From an uncultured bacterium (lineage in GTDB: Bacteria > Bacillota_I > Bacilli_A > RFN20 > CAG-826), in the NCBI GenBank assembly GCA_949283025.1, contig CASDRB010000008.1, positions 85-64,084 on the forward strand: a stretch of 64,000 nt of DNA, written 5' to 3'. Below are positions 20,773 to 29,942 of the stretch, piece after piece. How positions within the stretch are numbered: the first letter of the stretch is position 1; the number at the start of each line of letters is the position of its first letter. Under the pieces are notes generated by a model that had not been told where the DNA came from, did no database searches, and worked only from the letters and a program-made list of their open reading frames with translations. The translations under genes and the position numbers were made by a program.

Positions 20773-22920
20773 CTACATAACGAATGTTTGAGATGTGATT
20801 ACTTCTTCAGGGCTATACGAGATTACTACTAAAACATTTTCTTTTGTTGGCACGTTAGTAAAAGCAAAAGTACTAGTATTAAACTCGATAGTTTCAACAA
20901 GCGTTGTATATTCTCCGGCGACATCTGATTCCTCATACAATGATGCTGTTAAGGTGTTTTCGCGCGGATTATCGAAACTGAACTCATTTCCTCCAGGTTG
21001 GATTTGCTTTATCTCTGGAGCTTTTGAAGTAGTAAAAGGAATTCTATCTGCTTCGAATTCTAAATCGATTCCAGACTTGAAAACGAATATATAATTTGTC
21101 GATGGCATCAAATAATGGATTACATCTTGCCCACTATTATTAAATCCACCTGAATAATATTCATCAATTTCGTTTCCTTCTTCATAGATGAAAACATAGG
21201 AAATTTGATCTTCTGGCGTGCAATTATATGAGAACAACACTCCGTCCCAATATATTTCATCAATAGATGCCGAAGCAGATGGAATCTCTGCCGTTATAAA
21301 ATCAATATCGTATAGCAGGATTGGACCTTCTACAATATCATTATACATTATCTTGATAGTATATTTTGTCTCGTCTTGCAAGCCATCCACTTTCAAATTA
21401 AGATAACCATAATTATCGAGTTCAAAATTGAAAGTTTGGGTCACTCCGTTAATGATTGCTTCGGCATATAGATTTTCTACTTCGTAAGTTTCCAAACTAT
21501 CAACAGTATATTCAAACGAGCGATAAGTCACAAACTGATATTCTTCATAAAGTCTGGTTCTAAATTCGTAAGTGGCCACATGGATTGGTTCAGATAAATT
21601 TTGACTTTCAAAAAGAACCTCAACATAATAGTCATTAACAGGCATTAATGGTTCAAATTCGCCAAATTCAATTTTTTCATAAAAGACGAATGTTTTTTCG
21701 ACTTGTTCATTTGTCTTTTTGTCATATAAATATGCACTTAAAACCAAATCGCTATCGGACGGCCAATTCAATACATCGAATTCAACTTTTCGACCAGTAT
21801 TGTTTGATTCAACAAACTCAAGATTGTCAGGAATTGGATCGCTTTCAAACCTTATCTCTTCAATGACGCTAGTGCCATAATTAATAAGTTTAAGAATGTA
21901 AGACCTTCCAGGAATTAAATCGTTATAGTAATATCCAAATCCATCTTGGTGAACATAGTCAATAAAATTATTATCGCTATCAAACAAACAAAGTAAAAAG
22001 GAAGCTTCGCAATTATAATCATAATAAATAAACACACCAATATGAGTTGATCCTTTTTCTGCGATTTCAATTTTGTATTCAGGGACGATAATGGACGTTG
22101 CAAATGTTTTATTTCCAACCTCAAATCCTTCTTGAAATAAAGTCAATGTATACATTTCAGTCGGCACTAAATTATCAAAATACAATGTTCCGCCAGCAAA
22201 ATATTTAGAAGCAATTAAGTTTCCGTTAGCGTTATGAATGTTTGCTTCTATGTATGAATTTTCAGCTCCATTAACATTGAAAGTCATTGCATATAAACTA
22301 CTTTTTTCAAAATCAATATCGATATTATATTTAGGAATTTCAAGAGTTGAATATGTACCCAATTTAAATATTTTACCATCGTCTATTGATTTGGCGGTGA
22401 TTGCATAAGATGTGGCGGGTTCAAGTTCTTCAAATAGGATGTATGGTATACTTTCATCGTTTAAAAAGGCGGTTGTTTTATATGATTCGGTGGTATCATC
22501 AACATTTTCGGCATAAAAAAGTAAATTGTCATATGAAGTATTTTTGATATTCAATTCGCATTTTATATATGATAAACCGGTGTTGATTTGTTCAAACGAA
22601 ACGCCAATGAGCGTCGCAGTTACAGCTGTAGCAGTTAAAGCGACTACACCAATAGCGGTAACCACCACTCCCGCTGTGCTGACTGTACCAAAAGATAATC
22701 CCGATTTAACAATTAATTTATCTCTAATTTTATTTTTATTATTTCTTTTTTTGGAAGAGAAATCATTTTGATTAAATTCTTTTGATGAAATTAAAGATGG
22801 AAATTCAACTGACTTATTTGATTTGATTTCTTCGACTTGGATAAATTCATGATTAAAAGATTCTTTTTCAAAAGATTTGACAAATTCATCATGTCTATTC
22901 GTTTCTTTTGGCAATTTCAT
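20773..22920 (-). CDS. Membrane-anchored protein with repeated beta-rich extracellular modules, unknown function
   Basis: About 85 aa cytoplasmic N-terminus, one TM (VSTAGVVVTAIGVVALTATAVTATLIGV), then about 600 aa of reiterated ~85-90 aa units with an L-x-P-x-x-x-Y pattern. The first ATG is at 22920. Confidence 0.7.
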   Translation of the reverse strand: MKLPKETNRHDEFVKSFEKESFNHEFIQVEEIKSNKSVEFPSLISSKEFNQNDFSSKKRNNKNKIRDKLIVKSGLSFGTVSTAGVVVTAIGVVALTATAVTATLIGVSFEQINTGLSYIKCELNIKNTSYDNLLFYAENVDDTTESYKTTAFLNDESIPYILFEELEPATSYAITAKSIDDGKIFKLGTYSTLEIPKYNIDIDFEKSSLYAMTFNVNGAENSYIEANIHNANGNLIASKYFAGGTLYFDNLVPTEMYTLTLFQEGFEVGNKTFATSIIVPEYKIEIAEKGSTHIGVFIYYDYNCEASFLLCLFDSDNNFIDYVHQDGFGYYYNDLIPGRSYILKLINYGTSVIEEIRFESDPIPDNLEFVESNNTGRKVEFDVLNWPSDSDLVLSAYLYDKKTNEQVEKTFVFYEKIEFGEFEPLMPVNDYYVEVLFESQNLSEPIHVATYEFRTRLYEEYQFVTYRSFEYTVDSLETYEVENLYAEAIINGVTQTFNFELDNYGYLNLKVDGLQDETKYTIKIMYNDIVEGPILLYDIDFITAEIPSASASIDEIYWDGVLFSYNCTPEDQISYVFIYEEGNEIDEYYSGGFNNSGQDVIHYLMPSTNYIFVFKSGIDLEFEADRIPFTTSKAPEIKQIQPGGNEFSFDNPRENTLTASLYEESDVAGEYTTLVETIEFNTSTFAFTNVPTKENVLVVISYSPEEVITSQTFVM

Positions 22921-23030
22921 AAACAATTATCTTGTTTATATTATTTCATTATTAATAAAAAGTGTCAATGTAAGCAAAATATAAGTATCATTTTTTATGG
23001 CTTTGAAACAAAATAAACTGTTATTAAAAA

Positions 23031-24494
23031 TTATAAGTTTGTAATTTCGCCAATGAAAATAGGAATATCATTGAAATCTTTTATTACATAAATAAATGGT
23101 GAATCTAATGTGATAGCATAACCATCGTTTGGTAATGGCGCGACACTTCCAGCAGGTAGCGAAAATGTTAAAGTTTTAATTTTGGTGCCGTCTTCATTAA
23201 AAATAATTCGATTTTGCTGTTTACAAATTGATAGATAAATAGGAACATTAACAACATTAAGTGCTTCATTAAAAATATAATTATCTTGATTGAATAATTC
23301 TTTTCCAAATTCGTTTTTTATCAATAATTCATCACAGTCGACCATTTGGCTAATATTAAATTTAGGTATAGATAATTCAATAGGAGTATTGCTGATTAAT
23401 TTATTTTCGTCTTCGTTTAAAAAATTGATATCTTTAATTAAGTCAAATATTGAGTCGTCTTTATTTTTAGGGGTTAAATATTGAACCTTGTAGCCATTAA
23501 AATAATAATCATAAAATGAAACATAATCCCCATAATCATAAATATCGCCTAAATAAATATGCGACATGAAATTGGCTTGAGTTATCGTATTATTTAAATT
23601 GGTAAAATCTTGCAGTTTCGTCTCATTTTTATCATAAGGATTCATCCATTTATTAACAAAATACATTGTTGAAAATAAATAAAAAATCGCTGCATCATTA
23701 TCATCAATTAAATTGAATATGTCTTGTAATTCTAGTGATGAAAATGGAGAATGTTGAACAATCCATTCCTTCATAAAATCGACATGATCTGAATTGGTAA
23801 AATCAACTTTAAATGCCTCAGTATAACGATTGGTCAATCCATTGATGTAATAATTGTCGATATCTAAATCGTTATTCATAAAAAAACCATTGTATAAATA
23901 TGTGCCAATATCTTTTTTATTATAAAAATTGTTTTTAAATGTGTTAATAAAATTGGCCTGTCTTGAACTGACGTCGCTTCCTAACAAATTATCAAAAATA
24001 TACTGATACTCTTCCCCTGCTAAAGTCGATAATATATCTAGATGCATATATAAACTAATTGGTGAATATCCAAAATTTTGTTCATCTAAACCATTTAAAA
24101 ATATTTCATAAGCAAAATTATTTACATCGCTTATGTAATCATCGTTTACTTCAAAACTTCCTTTTTGGTCAGGATAGTTAATCGTGTTTAATTTAATGAT
24201 GCCGCTAGTGGTAATTTCTTCCATTTCCTGTTCATTAAATAACTTTTTTTCATAAGAAAATCGTTCGCTAACTTTTAAAGAGGCAATTAAAAATCCAACG
24301 ATAGGAATTAATATGATGCCAATGCAAGAACATCCAAATACAACACCAGCAATTTTAAATCTATGCGCTATTTTTTCATGCTTGGTGCTTTTTTTATAAT
24401 CTTTTTCTAAATGATTAAATTCAAAATCATTAAAAGTTTCTTCAAAAGGTTTAATTGGGTGATTTTTTTCGTAATCTTTAAAAATCTTTTTCAT
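23031..24494 (-). CDS. Anti-sigma-position membrane protein with extracellular serpin domain
   Basis: About 45 aa cytoplasmic N-terminus, one TM (FKIAGVVFGCSCIGIILIPIVGFLIASL), then about 400 aa with serpin hallmarks. These are FAYEIFLNGL..NFGYSPISLYMHLDILSTLAGEE near the start, the hinge NEDGTKIKTLT, and a C-terminal DSPFIYVIKDFNDIPIFIGEITNL. There is a 4 nt ATGA overlap with the sigma gene. Confidence 0.75.
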   Translation of the reverse strand: MKKIFKDYEKNHPIKPFEETFNDFEFNHLEKDYKKSTKHEKIAHRFKIAGVVFGCSCIGIILIPIVGFLIASLKVSERFSYEKKLFNEQEMEEITTSGIIKLNTINYPDQKGSFEVNDDYISDVNNFAYEIFLNGLDEQNFGYSPISLYMHLDILSTLAGEEYQYIFDNLLGSDVSSRQANFINTFKNNFYNKKDIGTYLYNGFFMNNDLDIDNYYINGLTNRYTEAFKVDFTNSDHVDFMKEWIVQHSPFSSLELQDIFNLIDDNDAAIFYLFSTMYFVNKWMNPYDKNETKLQDFTNLNNTITQANFMSHIYLGDIYDYGDYVSFYDYYFNGYKVQYLTPKNKDDSIFDLIKDINFLNEDENKLISNTPIELSIPKFNISQMVDCDELLIKNEFGKELFNQDNYIFNEALNVVNVPIYLSICKQQNRIIFNEDGTKIKTLTFSLPAGSVAPLPNDGYAITLDSPFIYVIKDFNDIPIFIGEITNL

Positions 24495-25003
24495 AAGAAT
24501 AACTCCTTATTTTGTCTTAAAATTTTTCGAGCATTAGAAAAAATAACTCGACATCGTGTTTCATTTTTATTAATTAAAGGAGATATTTCCTTATAAGATA
24601 ATCCAAAGTAAGCATGATATATAAACACATCATATTCTTGTTTGCTTAATACTTTTTTAATCTCGCCAATTAGACTAGTTTCTTCGTCATGACTCATAAG
24701 CATATTATCGTTTATTTCTAAATTTGCTTCTTTTTGTTTTTTCTTTAATAAATCTAGGCAAAGATTTTTACATGTTATACTCAGAAAAGCTACAAACTTT
24801 TGGCTATTTTTTAATTTATTAAAATCATATGATAAAACTTTGTAATAAGTCTCACTTACCATATCTTCAGCGTCCTCTTTATTTGAAAGCATGGAAAAAG
24901 CAATATGAAATAATAAACGATATGTCTCGTTATAAACTTTTTTAACTATGTTTTCGTCTTTTAAGAAGAAATAACGAATGTCTGTTTTAGAAAACTTGTC
25001 CAT
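24491..25003 (-). CDS. Sigma-70 family (ECF-like) RNA polymerase sigma factor
   Basis: 170 aa. Region 2-like EDAEDMVSETYYKVL and region 4 HTH GLSYKEISPLINKNETRCRVIFSNARKIL. Confidence 0.8.
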   Translation of the reverse strand: MDKFSKTDIRYFFLKDENIVKKVYNETYRLLFHIAFSMLSNKEDAEDMVSETYYKVLSYDFNKLKNSQKFVAFLSITCKNLCLDLLKKKQKEANLEINDNMLMSHDEETSLIGEIKKVLSKQEYDVFIYHAYFGLSYKEISPLINKNETRCRVIFSNARKILRQNKELFL

Positions 25004-25179
25004 TTATCTCCTTTCAAAATATATGACGATTAAATTATGATAAATGTTCATAAATATTTTTATTCCAATTCATTTTATTATTTACTAATTAATTTAATTT
25101 AAACAATATCAAAAAACGAATCTTAATTTTGATTTATATCAAAAATATTAATAAAAACTTAAATAAAACTAATTGAGTA

Positions 25180-25365
25180 TTATTTTTCTTTGCGGCGAAT
25201 TAAAAATCCACATAATCCTGCAAGACCAAACAAACCGCCAATCAAGAAAAACAAAGCTGAATCAGGTTTATATTCTGTTCCTGAAGTAAAAACAATTGTG
25301 CCACTAAGAATCAATACACAAGAAATTAATATAAGCGAAGCAAAAAATAAATCATACTTTCTCAT
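25180..25365 (-). CDS. Small two-TM membrane protein (hypothetical)
   Basis: 61 aa with two clear hydrophobic helices and a basic C-terminus. The overlapping plus-strand ORF is low-complexity. Confidence 0.4.
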   Translation of the reverse strand: MRKYDLFFASLILISCVLILSGTIVFTSGTEYKPDSALFFLIGGLFGLAGLCGFLIRRKEK

Positions 25366-25886
25366 ATTCTAAGCACCATTTAAACTTAAAAAAATTTCAT
25401 AGACTAATTTAATTATATTATTGACTATATCAGTGTTCAATATGCCATGGTTAATGTTGCTCGATATTTTCACACTTTTATACAGCATCATTAAACGATA
25501 CACATTTTATCAAATTTTTGTTTTTTACAATGCATTGAATTAACAACATAAAATTACACTTTTAGCAATTTTTTATCACCCGCATCTATAATAATCTTCC
25601 CTTAATTTGATAAAAAGGTTAAATGATAGAATTATTATACTAATTTAAATACACAAAGGTTTAACAAATAAATATTTTTCCGATTAATTTTAATGATGAC
25701 GCTATTAAACTATTAATATATTTAATTTTAAAAACTTTAATAAAAAAAATGCAGACAAGTCCACATTGTTCATCAGTTTTCTTATTTCTTAAACAAACTT
25801 TCTATTTTGCTATACAAGGGCTAAAATAAAATATAATTTCGAGTAAACACACATCACAGTAATAAGAGTTCGTTTTCAATTTAGAT

Positions 25887-25960
25887 TGGAGCACCTGACG
25901 GGAATCGAACCCGCATAGCCAGCTTGGGAAGCTGGAGTTCTACCACTGAACTACAGATGC
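25887..25960 (-). tRNA. tRNA-Gly (anticodon CCC)
   Basis: Manual fold: acceptor GCATCTG/CAGGTGC, anticodon stem CCAGC/GCTGG, loop TTCCCAA, U73 discriminator, encoded CCA. A perfect TATAAT (25976..25971, minus strand) lies just upstream. Confidence 0.85.
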
Positions 25961-26003
25961 ACGTATAAATATTATAAGGCAAGTTTTAAAAAAAGAAACA
26001 AAA

Positions 26004-26019
26004 ACCGGATAAATCCGGT
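26004..26019 (-). terminator. Rho-independent terminator between tRNA-Val and tRNA-Gly
   Basis: CCGGAT-AA-ATCCGG hairpin, followed on the minus strand by TTTTGTTTCTTTTTTT. Confidence 0.6.
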
Positions 26020-26031
26020 TTATATTTTAAC

Positions 26032-26107
26032 TGGTGGATGCTGAGGGGATCGAACCCCCGACCTCCTGTACGTCAAACAGGTGCTCTCCCAGCTGAGCTA
26101 AACATCC
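26032..26107 (-). tRNA. tRNA-Val (anticodon GAC)
   Basis: Manual fold: acceptor GGATGTT/AGCATCC, anticodon stem CCTGT/ACAGG, loop TTGACGT, GGTTCGATCC T-arm, CCA. Confidence 0.85.
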
Positions 26108-26111
26108 ATAC

Positions 26112-26188
26112 TGGTGCCGGCTATCGGAATTGAACCAACAACCTACTGATTACGATTCAGTTGCTCTGCCAGATTGAGCTAAGCCGGC
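26112..26188 (-). tRNA. tRNA-Thr (anticodon CGT)
   Basis: Manual fold: acceptor GCCGGCT/AGCCGGC, anticodon stem ACTGA/TCAGT, loop ATCGTAA, CCA. Confidence 0.85.
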
Positions 26189-26256
26189 GTCAATAGTAGA
26201 GCAAGCACCTAATAATATAACTATATTATAAAATAATTACAAGAAAAAAATGCAAT

Positions 26257-26994
26257 TTATTCAGATTTTCCCCCTGCTGCAATAAATTGTTTTAACCTAA
26301 TATTTTGACATTGATTAAAAATATAATCGGGACTACCTGATTCTAATATTATCCCTTGGTCCATAAAAATTACTTTATCTGCAACATTTTTTGCAAAATT
26401 CATTTCGTGTGTAACCACCACCATCGTCACTCCTTCACTTGCTAAATCCTTCATGACTTTTAAAACTTCTTGGACCATTTCTGGATCTAAAGCCGATGTT
26501 GGTTCATCAAATAAAATTACCTCTGGATTCATCGATAAACTTCTTGCAATAGCGACACGCTGTTTTTGGCCACCTGATATATCTTTTATTTTATAATTAA
26601 TACGGTCGCTCAAACCGACTTTATTAAGATTGTTTATCGCTATTTCAGTTGCTTCTTTTTTATTTCTTTTTAATACTTTTGTTTGACCAATGACACAATT
26701 TTGTAAAACATCTAGATTATTAAATAAATTAAACGATTGAAAAACCATAGATAATTTGCTTCTAATTTGATTTACATTATTGTTTTTTTCTAAAATATTC
26801 ACACCATTGAATAATATTTTTCCACTGGTAGGGGTTTCCAATAAATTTATGCATCTTAATAATGTTGATTTTCCGCTTCCGGAAGAACCAATAATAGCAA
26901 CACATTCACCTTTTTCTACTTCAAAGCTAATATCTTTTAAAATCAGATTATCTCCAAAAGATTTTGCTAAATTTTCAATTGATAAAACTGACAT
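26257..26994 (-). CDS. Polar amino-acid ABC transporter ATP-binding protein
   Basis: Walker [10 protein letters not shown], signature SGGQKQR and Walker [12 protein letters not shown]. Confidence 0.9.
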   Translation of the reverse strand: MSVLSIENLAKSFGDNLILKDISFEVEKGECVAIIGSSGSGKSTLLRCINLLETPTSGKILFNGVNILEKNNNVNQIRSKLSMVFQSFNLFNNLDVLQNCVIGQTKVLKRNKKEATEIAINNLNKVGLSDRINYKIKDISGGQKQRVAIARSLSMNPEVILFDEPTSALDPEMVQEVLKVMKDLASEGVTMVVVTHEMNFAKNVADKVIFMDQGIILESGSPDYIFNQCQNIRLKQFIAAGGKSE

Positions 26995-26996
26995 AA

Positions 26997-27764
26997 TTAT
27001 GCCTCCTTTTTTCGATAATGGAAAAACGAGAATTTGAATTTTTTGCCATCCATTTTTCTTTCTACTAATTTTAAAATTCCAGTAGCACCCAATGTTAAAA
27101 TTAAATAAATAAGTGCAACAATAATATAAGTGGCAACATACTTATAATTTTTTGAGGCTGCATCAGCAGCTTGAAAATATAATTCAGTGACGCCGATCAC
27201 ATTTAAAACTGATGAATCTTTAATATTGACAATCCATTCATTTCCAATGGTCGGTAAACAATTTCTTAAAGCTTGAGGCAAAGAGACATAAAATAGCGTT
27301 TGCAATTTGCTCATACCAAGCGATGAAGCGCCTTCAATTTGACCATTGTCAACACCATTAAGACCACTTTTTATAATTTCGCCCATATATGCAGCAGTAT
27401 TAAAAGTAATGACCACTAAACCAGCAATCATCCAGCCATCTAAAATAGGAACACCAGGCAAAATAGCGTTCCAATTAACACCTAGCATCTGACAGCCATA
27501 TTTAAATATCATAGCTTGAACCATCATCGGCGTGCCCCTAATAACGATGGAGTAAATATTGCAAAGCCATACGATAGGATATACCCATAATTTATGATAC
27601 CAAGGATCGCTTTTTTTAATAGTTAAGCCCTTTCCAAAGGCTAAAAATATTCCTAAAAATAATCCGACACCTGTACCTATAATCGATAATAATAATGTTG
27701 ATACCAAACCTAATAAATAAAAATCATAGTAATTTGATAACAAATAACCTATATCTGAAAACAT
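26997..27764 (-). CDS. Amino-acid ABC transporter permease
   Basis: Polytopic, with an EAA-like loop ([24 protein letters not shown]). Confidence 0.85.
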   Translation of the reverse strand: MFSDIGYLLSNYYDFYLLGLVSTLLLSIIGTGVGLFLGIFLAFGKGLTIKKSDPWYHKLWVYPIVWLCNIYSIVIRGTPMMVQAMIFKYGCQMLGVNWNAILPGVPILDGWMIAGLVVITFNTAAYMGEIIKSGLNGVDNGQIEGASSLGMSKLQTLFYVSLPQALRNCLPTIGNEWIVNIKDSSVLNVIGVTELYFQAADAASKNYKYVATYIIVALIYLILTLGATGILKLVERKMDGKKFKFSFFHYRKKEA

Positions 27765-27785
27765 ATTTTATCCTTTATTAATTTA

Positions 27786-28637
27786 TTAATAAGAAGCACT
27801 TCTTATCACAGCTTCGCTCATTAAATTTATGCGCGTTGTTTCATCGATTTGCGATAAACCTTCGTTTAATCGATCAATCAATTCATCATTTTGTTTATTA
27901 ACGCCAATTGAGACACCTAATTCCGATTGTTTTTCGCCAAGTATTTCTTGATCGATATGAATAATACCTAAATCGGTGTTAGCTGCTACAATAGCCTGCG
28001 CAACTGGCAATTCGGCTGTCATAGCAAAAGCAAGACCATTAGAAACATCTGTGGCAGCATTAGCAAAAGTGTCAACTGGATTAGCATGTATAGCGCCATA
28101 TTCGCTTGCAAAAATATCAATAACATCGTTAGTGACGGTCGATGTTTGCGAAACAATAATTTTTCCATTTACTAAATTTGCAAATTGCTCAGATGTCAAC
28201 GCATCAACATAATCGTCAGCAATATCTTTTTTACTCACTAAGACTAATTCGCTGCGATAATATTCATTTGTAAAAGAAATTGATTCTCTTCGTTCAGGTG
28301 TATCGGTCATTCCGGCAATAACGGCATTAATCGTGCCCATTTGCAAATCGGTGACTAATGATTCCCAAGCAGTTTTTACTATCACCACTTCAACATTTAA
28401 GCTTTCGCCTAATAGTTTGGCAATTTGAATATCGTATCCATCGGCATATTGATTGGATTTATTAGAAATTGGAAGAGTGAAATCATTTGATGTATTTTCA
28501 GTCCAATTAAATGGAGCATAATTGCATTCCATACCAATAATTAACTTAGAATTATCAAATTGTGTCGGTCCGCAACTTTGCAATCCAAAACCGGCAATGC
28601 TGAGTAAGGATATCAATCCCAAAAATGTTTTTTTCAT
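27786..28637 (-). CDS. Amino-acid ABC transporter substrate-binding lipoprotein (family 3)
   Basis: Signal plus lipobox LQSC. Has the periplasmic-binding-protein family 3 pattern (GYDIQIAK.., AGMT.TPER). Confidence 0.8.
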   Translation of the reverse strand: MKKTFLGLISLLSIAGFGLQSCGPTQFDNSKLIIGMECNYAPFNWTENTSNDFTLPISNKSNQYADGYDIQIAKLLGESLNVEVVIVKTAWESLVTDLQMGTINAVIAGMTDTPERRESISFTNEYYRSELVLVSKKDIADDYVDALTSEQFANLVNGKIIVSQTSTVTNDVIDIFASEYGAIHANPVDTFANAATDVSNGLAFAMTAELPVAQAIVAANTDLGIIHIDQEILGEKQSELGVSIGVNKQNDELIDRLNEGLSQIDETTRINLMSEAVIRSASY

Positions 28638-28649
28638 AAAAAAATGTTC

Positions 28650-28872
28650 CTTTCTTTAGACCGCATTACTATCAATGCGATCCCAAGTTGGAACTGACAT
28701 CAATAGCGCCTACCGATGAGACACATCGGCGAGTCTATAAGATATTTTCTTATAGCCCAACTCGGTTTTTTTAGGCCATTATTAACCGGTTTCGGCACTC
28801 TTACTTTTCCTTTAGATGCGATTGGCCATGTCATCTAGAGTACTTGTTTGTAGTGCTCCTCTATTCGATCTA
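28650..28872 (-). promoter_or_regulatory. Lysine riboswitch (L-box)-like leader of the ABC transporter operon
   Basis: The minus strand contains AAUAGAGGAGCAC, AAGUACUC, AAAGGAAAAGUAAGAGUGCCGAAAC, GUUGGG and hairpins CUAUAAGA/UCUUAUAG and CCGAUG/CAUCGG. GGCGCUAUU pairs with AAUAG. GUUCC can pair with the GGAAC of the RBS. Confidence 0.55.
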
Positions 28873-28954
28873 TGCTGTTTTTATACTATCTTATTGTTGC
28901 TTTGTCAATATTTTTTTATTGTAATAAACAAAAAATGATTGTTATAGTTAAAAT

Positions 28955-29431
28955 ATGAAAAACAAATCAATTTCCATAATGCACACCAAGCGTTTTCAAT
29001 CTATTTTTAATCGTTATTCAATTTTTTGTTCCACGTTAACTTTACTGCCAGCATTATTATTGTTGAGTGTTCCTGTCATAATTATATTTAAAATATTTTG
29101 GATTTTAATTTTGATATGTTTTTTATTGATGACCTTTTTCCTACCATTATTAAATGAAGATTTTAAAAATATGTTGCAAAACTTCACCAGCGACGACACA
29201 TCGATGGAAGTGGTAAAAAATGTTTTAATTGCAACATATTATTTGCCTTTGATTTTAATCATATTTTCAGGTGTTTTTACAATTGTTTCAGTTATTGTTT
29301 CTATATGTAATCGCAAATATACTAATTCAAAAAGTGGTCTAATCGGAGCAATAGTAATGTTTATTATCGCTTTGATATTTTGTATTTTTTATTATTCGTG
29401 TTTTGATATGTTTATCGGAGGTAACAATTAA
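28955..29431 (+). CDS. Hypothetical polytopic membrane protein
   Basis: 158 aa with 4 hydrophobic helices. Translationally coupled (TAATG) to the next ORF. Confidence 0.55.
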   Translation: MKNKSISIMHTKRFQSIFNRYSIFCSTLTLLPALLLLSVPVIIIFKIFWILILICFLLMTFFLPLLNEDFKNMLQNFTSDDTSMEVVKNVLIATYYLPLILIIFSGVFTIVSVIVSICNRKYTNSKSGLIGAIVMFIIALIFCIFYYSCFDMFIGGNN

Positions 29432-29925
29432 TGTTTTATCTTCGATTAAATAATCTTGATAGCAACATCGTTATAATGTGTAATAATCAGCCATTGAAGT
29501 TTAAAAAAATGCATGGAAAGTATGTAGCATGCATTGATGATATGCAAGCAAATATTTGTTTTACTTATCATCATGAATTAGTTGATAATTTTTGGTTTTT
29601 AAAAGCGCTTGGGTTTTATTTATTGTCTTTTTTTGGAATATTTATGAAGCGCTATCCTAAAACCTTTTATACACTTGATGTAAATATTCAATTTGCTCCT
29701 CAATTAAGCGAAACATATTATGACATCATTTTAAATCATAATCCAAATGCTGAATATCCAATCACTATTAGTGGTGGCCAATATTATTTTTTAAGTGCGA
29801 ATAAATTTATAAAAGATGAAAATGCAAAAAAGAACTATCGCATATTTAAAACATTTTCTATTTTAACTAGATTGTTTGTCATTATTTTAGTTGTAGTAAT
29901 AATTATTGTATCTTTTACAAAATAA
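29431..29925 (+). CDS. Hypothetical membrane protein
   Basis: 164 aa with an internal and a C-terminal TM helix. Confidence 0.5.
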   Translation: MFYLRLNNLDSNIVIMCNNQPLKFKKMHGKYVACIDDMQANICFTYHHELVDNFWFLKALGFYLLSFFGIFMKRYPKTFYTLDVNIQFAPQLSETYYDIILNHNPNAEYPITISGGQYYFLSANKFIKDENAKKNYRIFKTFSILTRLFVIILVVVIIIVSFTK

Positions 29926-29942
29926 ATCAGTAAACTGATTCT

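Noticed and set aside
28650-28872. T-box leader interpretation
   Set aside because: There is no GGUGGUACCGCG-type T-box sequence and no specifier-loop/AGAGA arrangement. The landmarks fit an L-box better.
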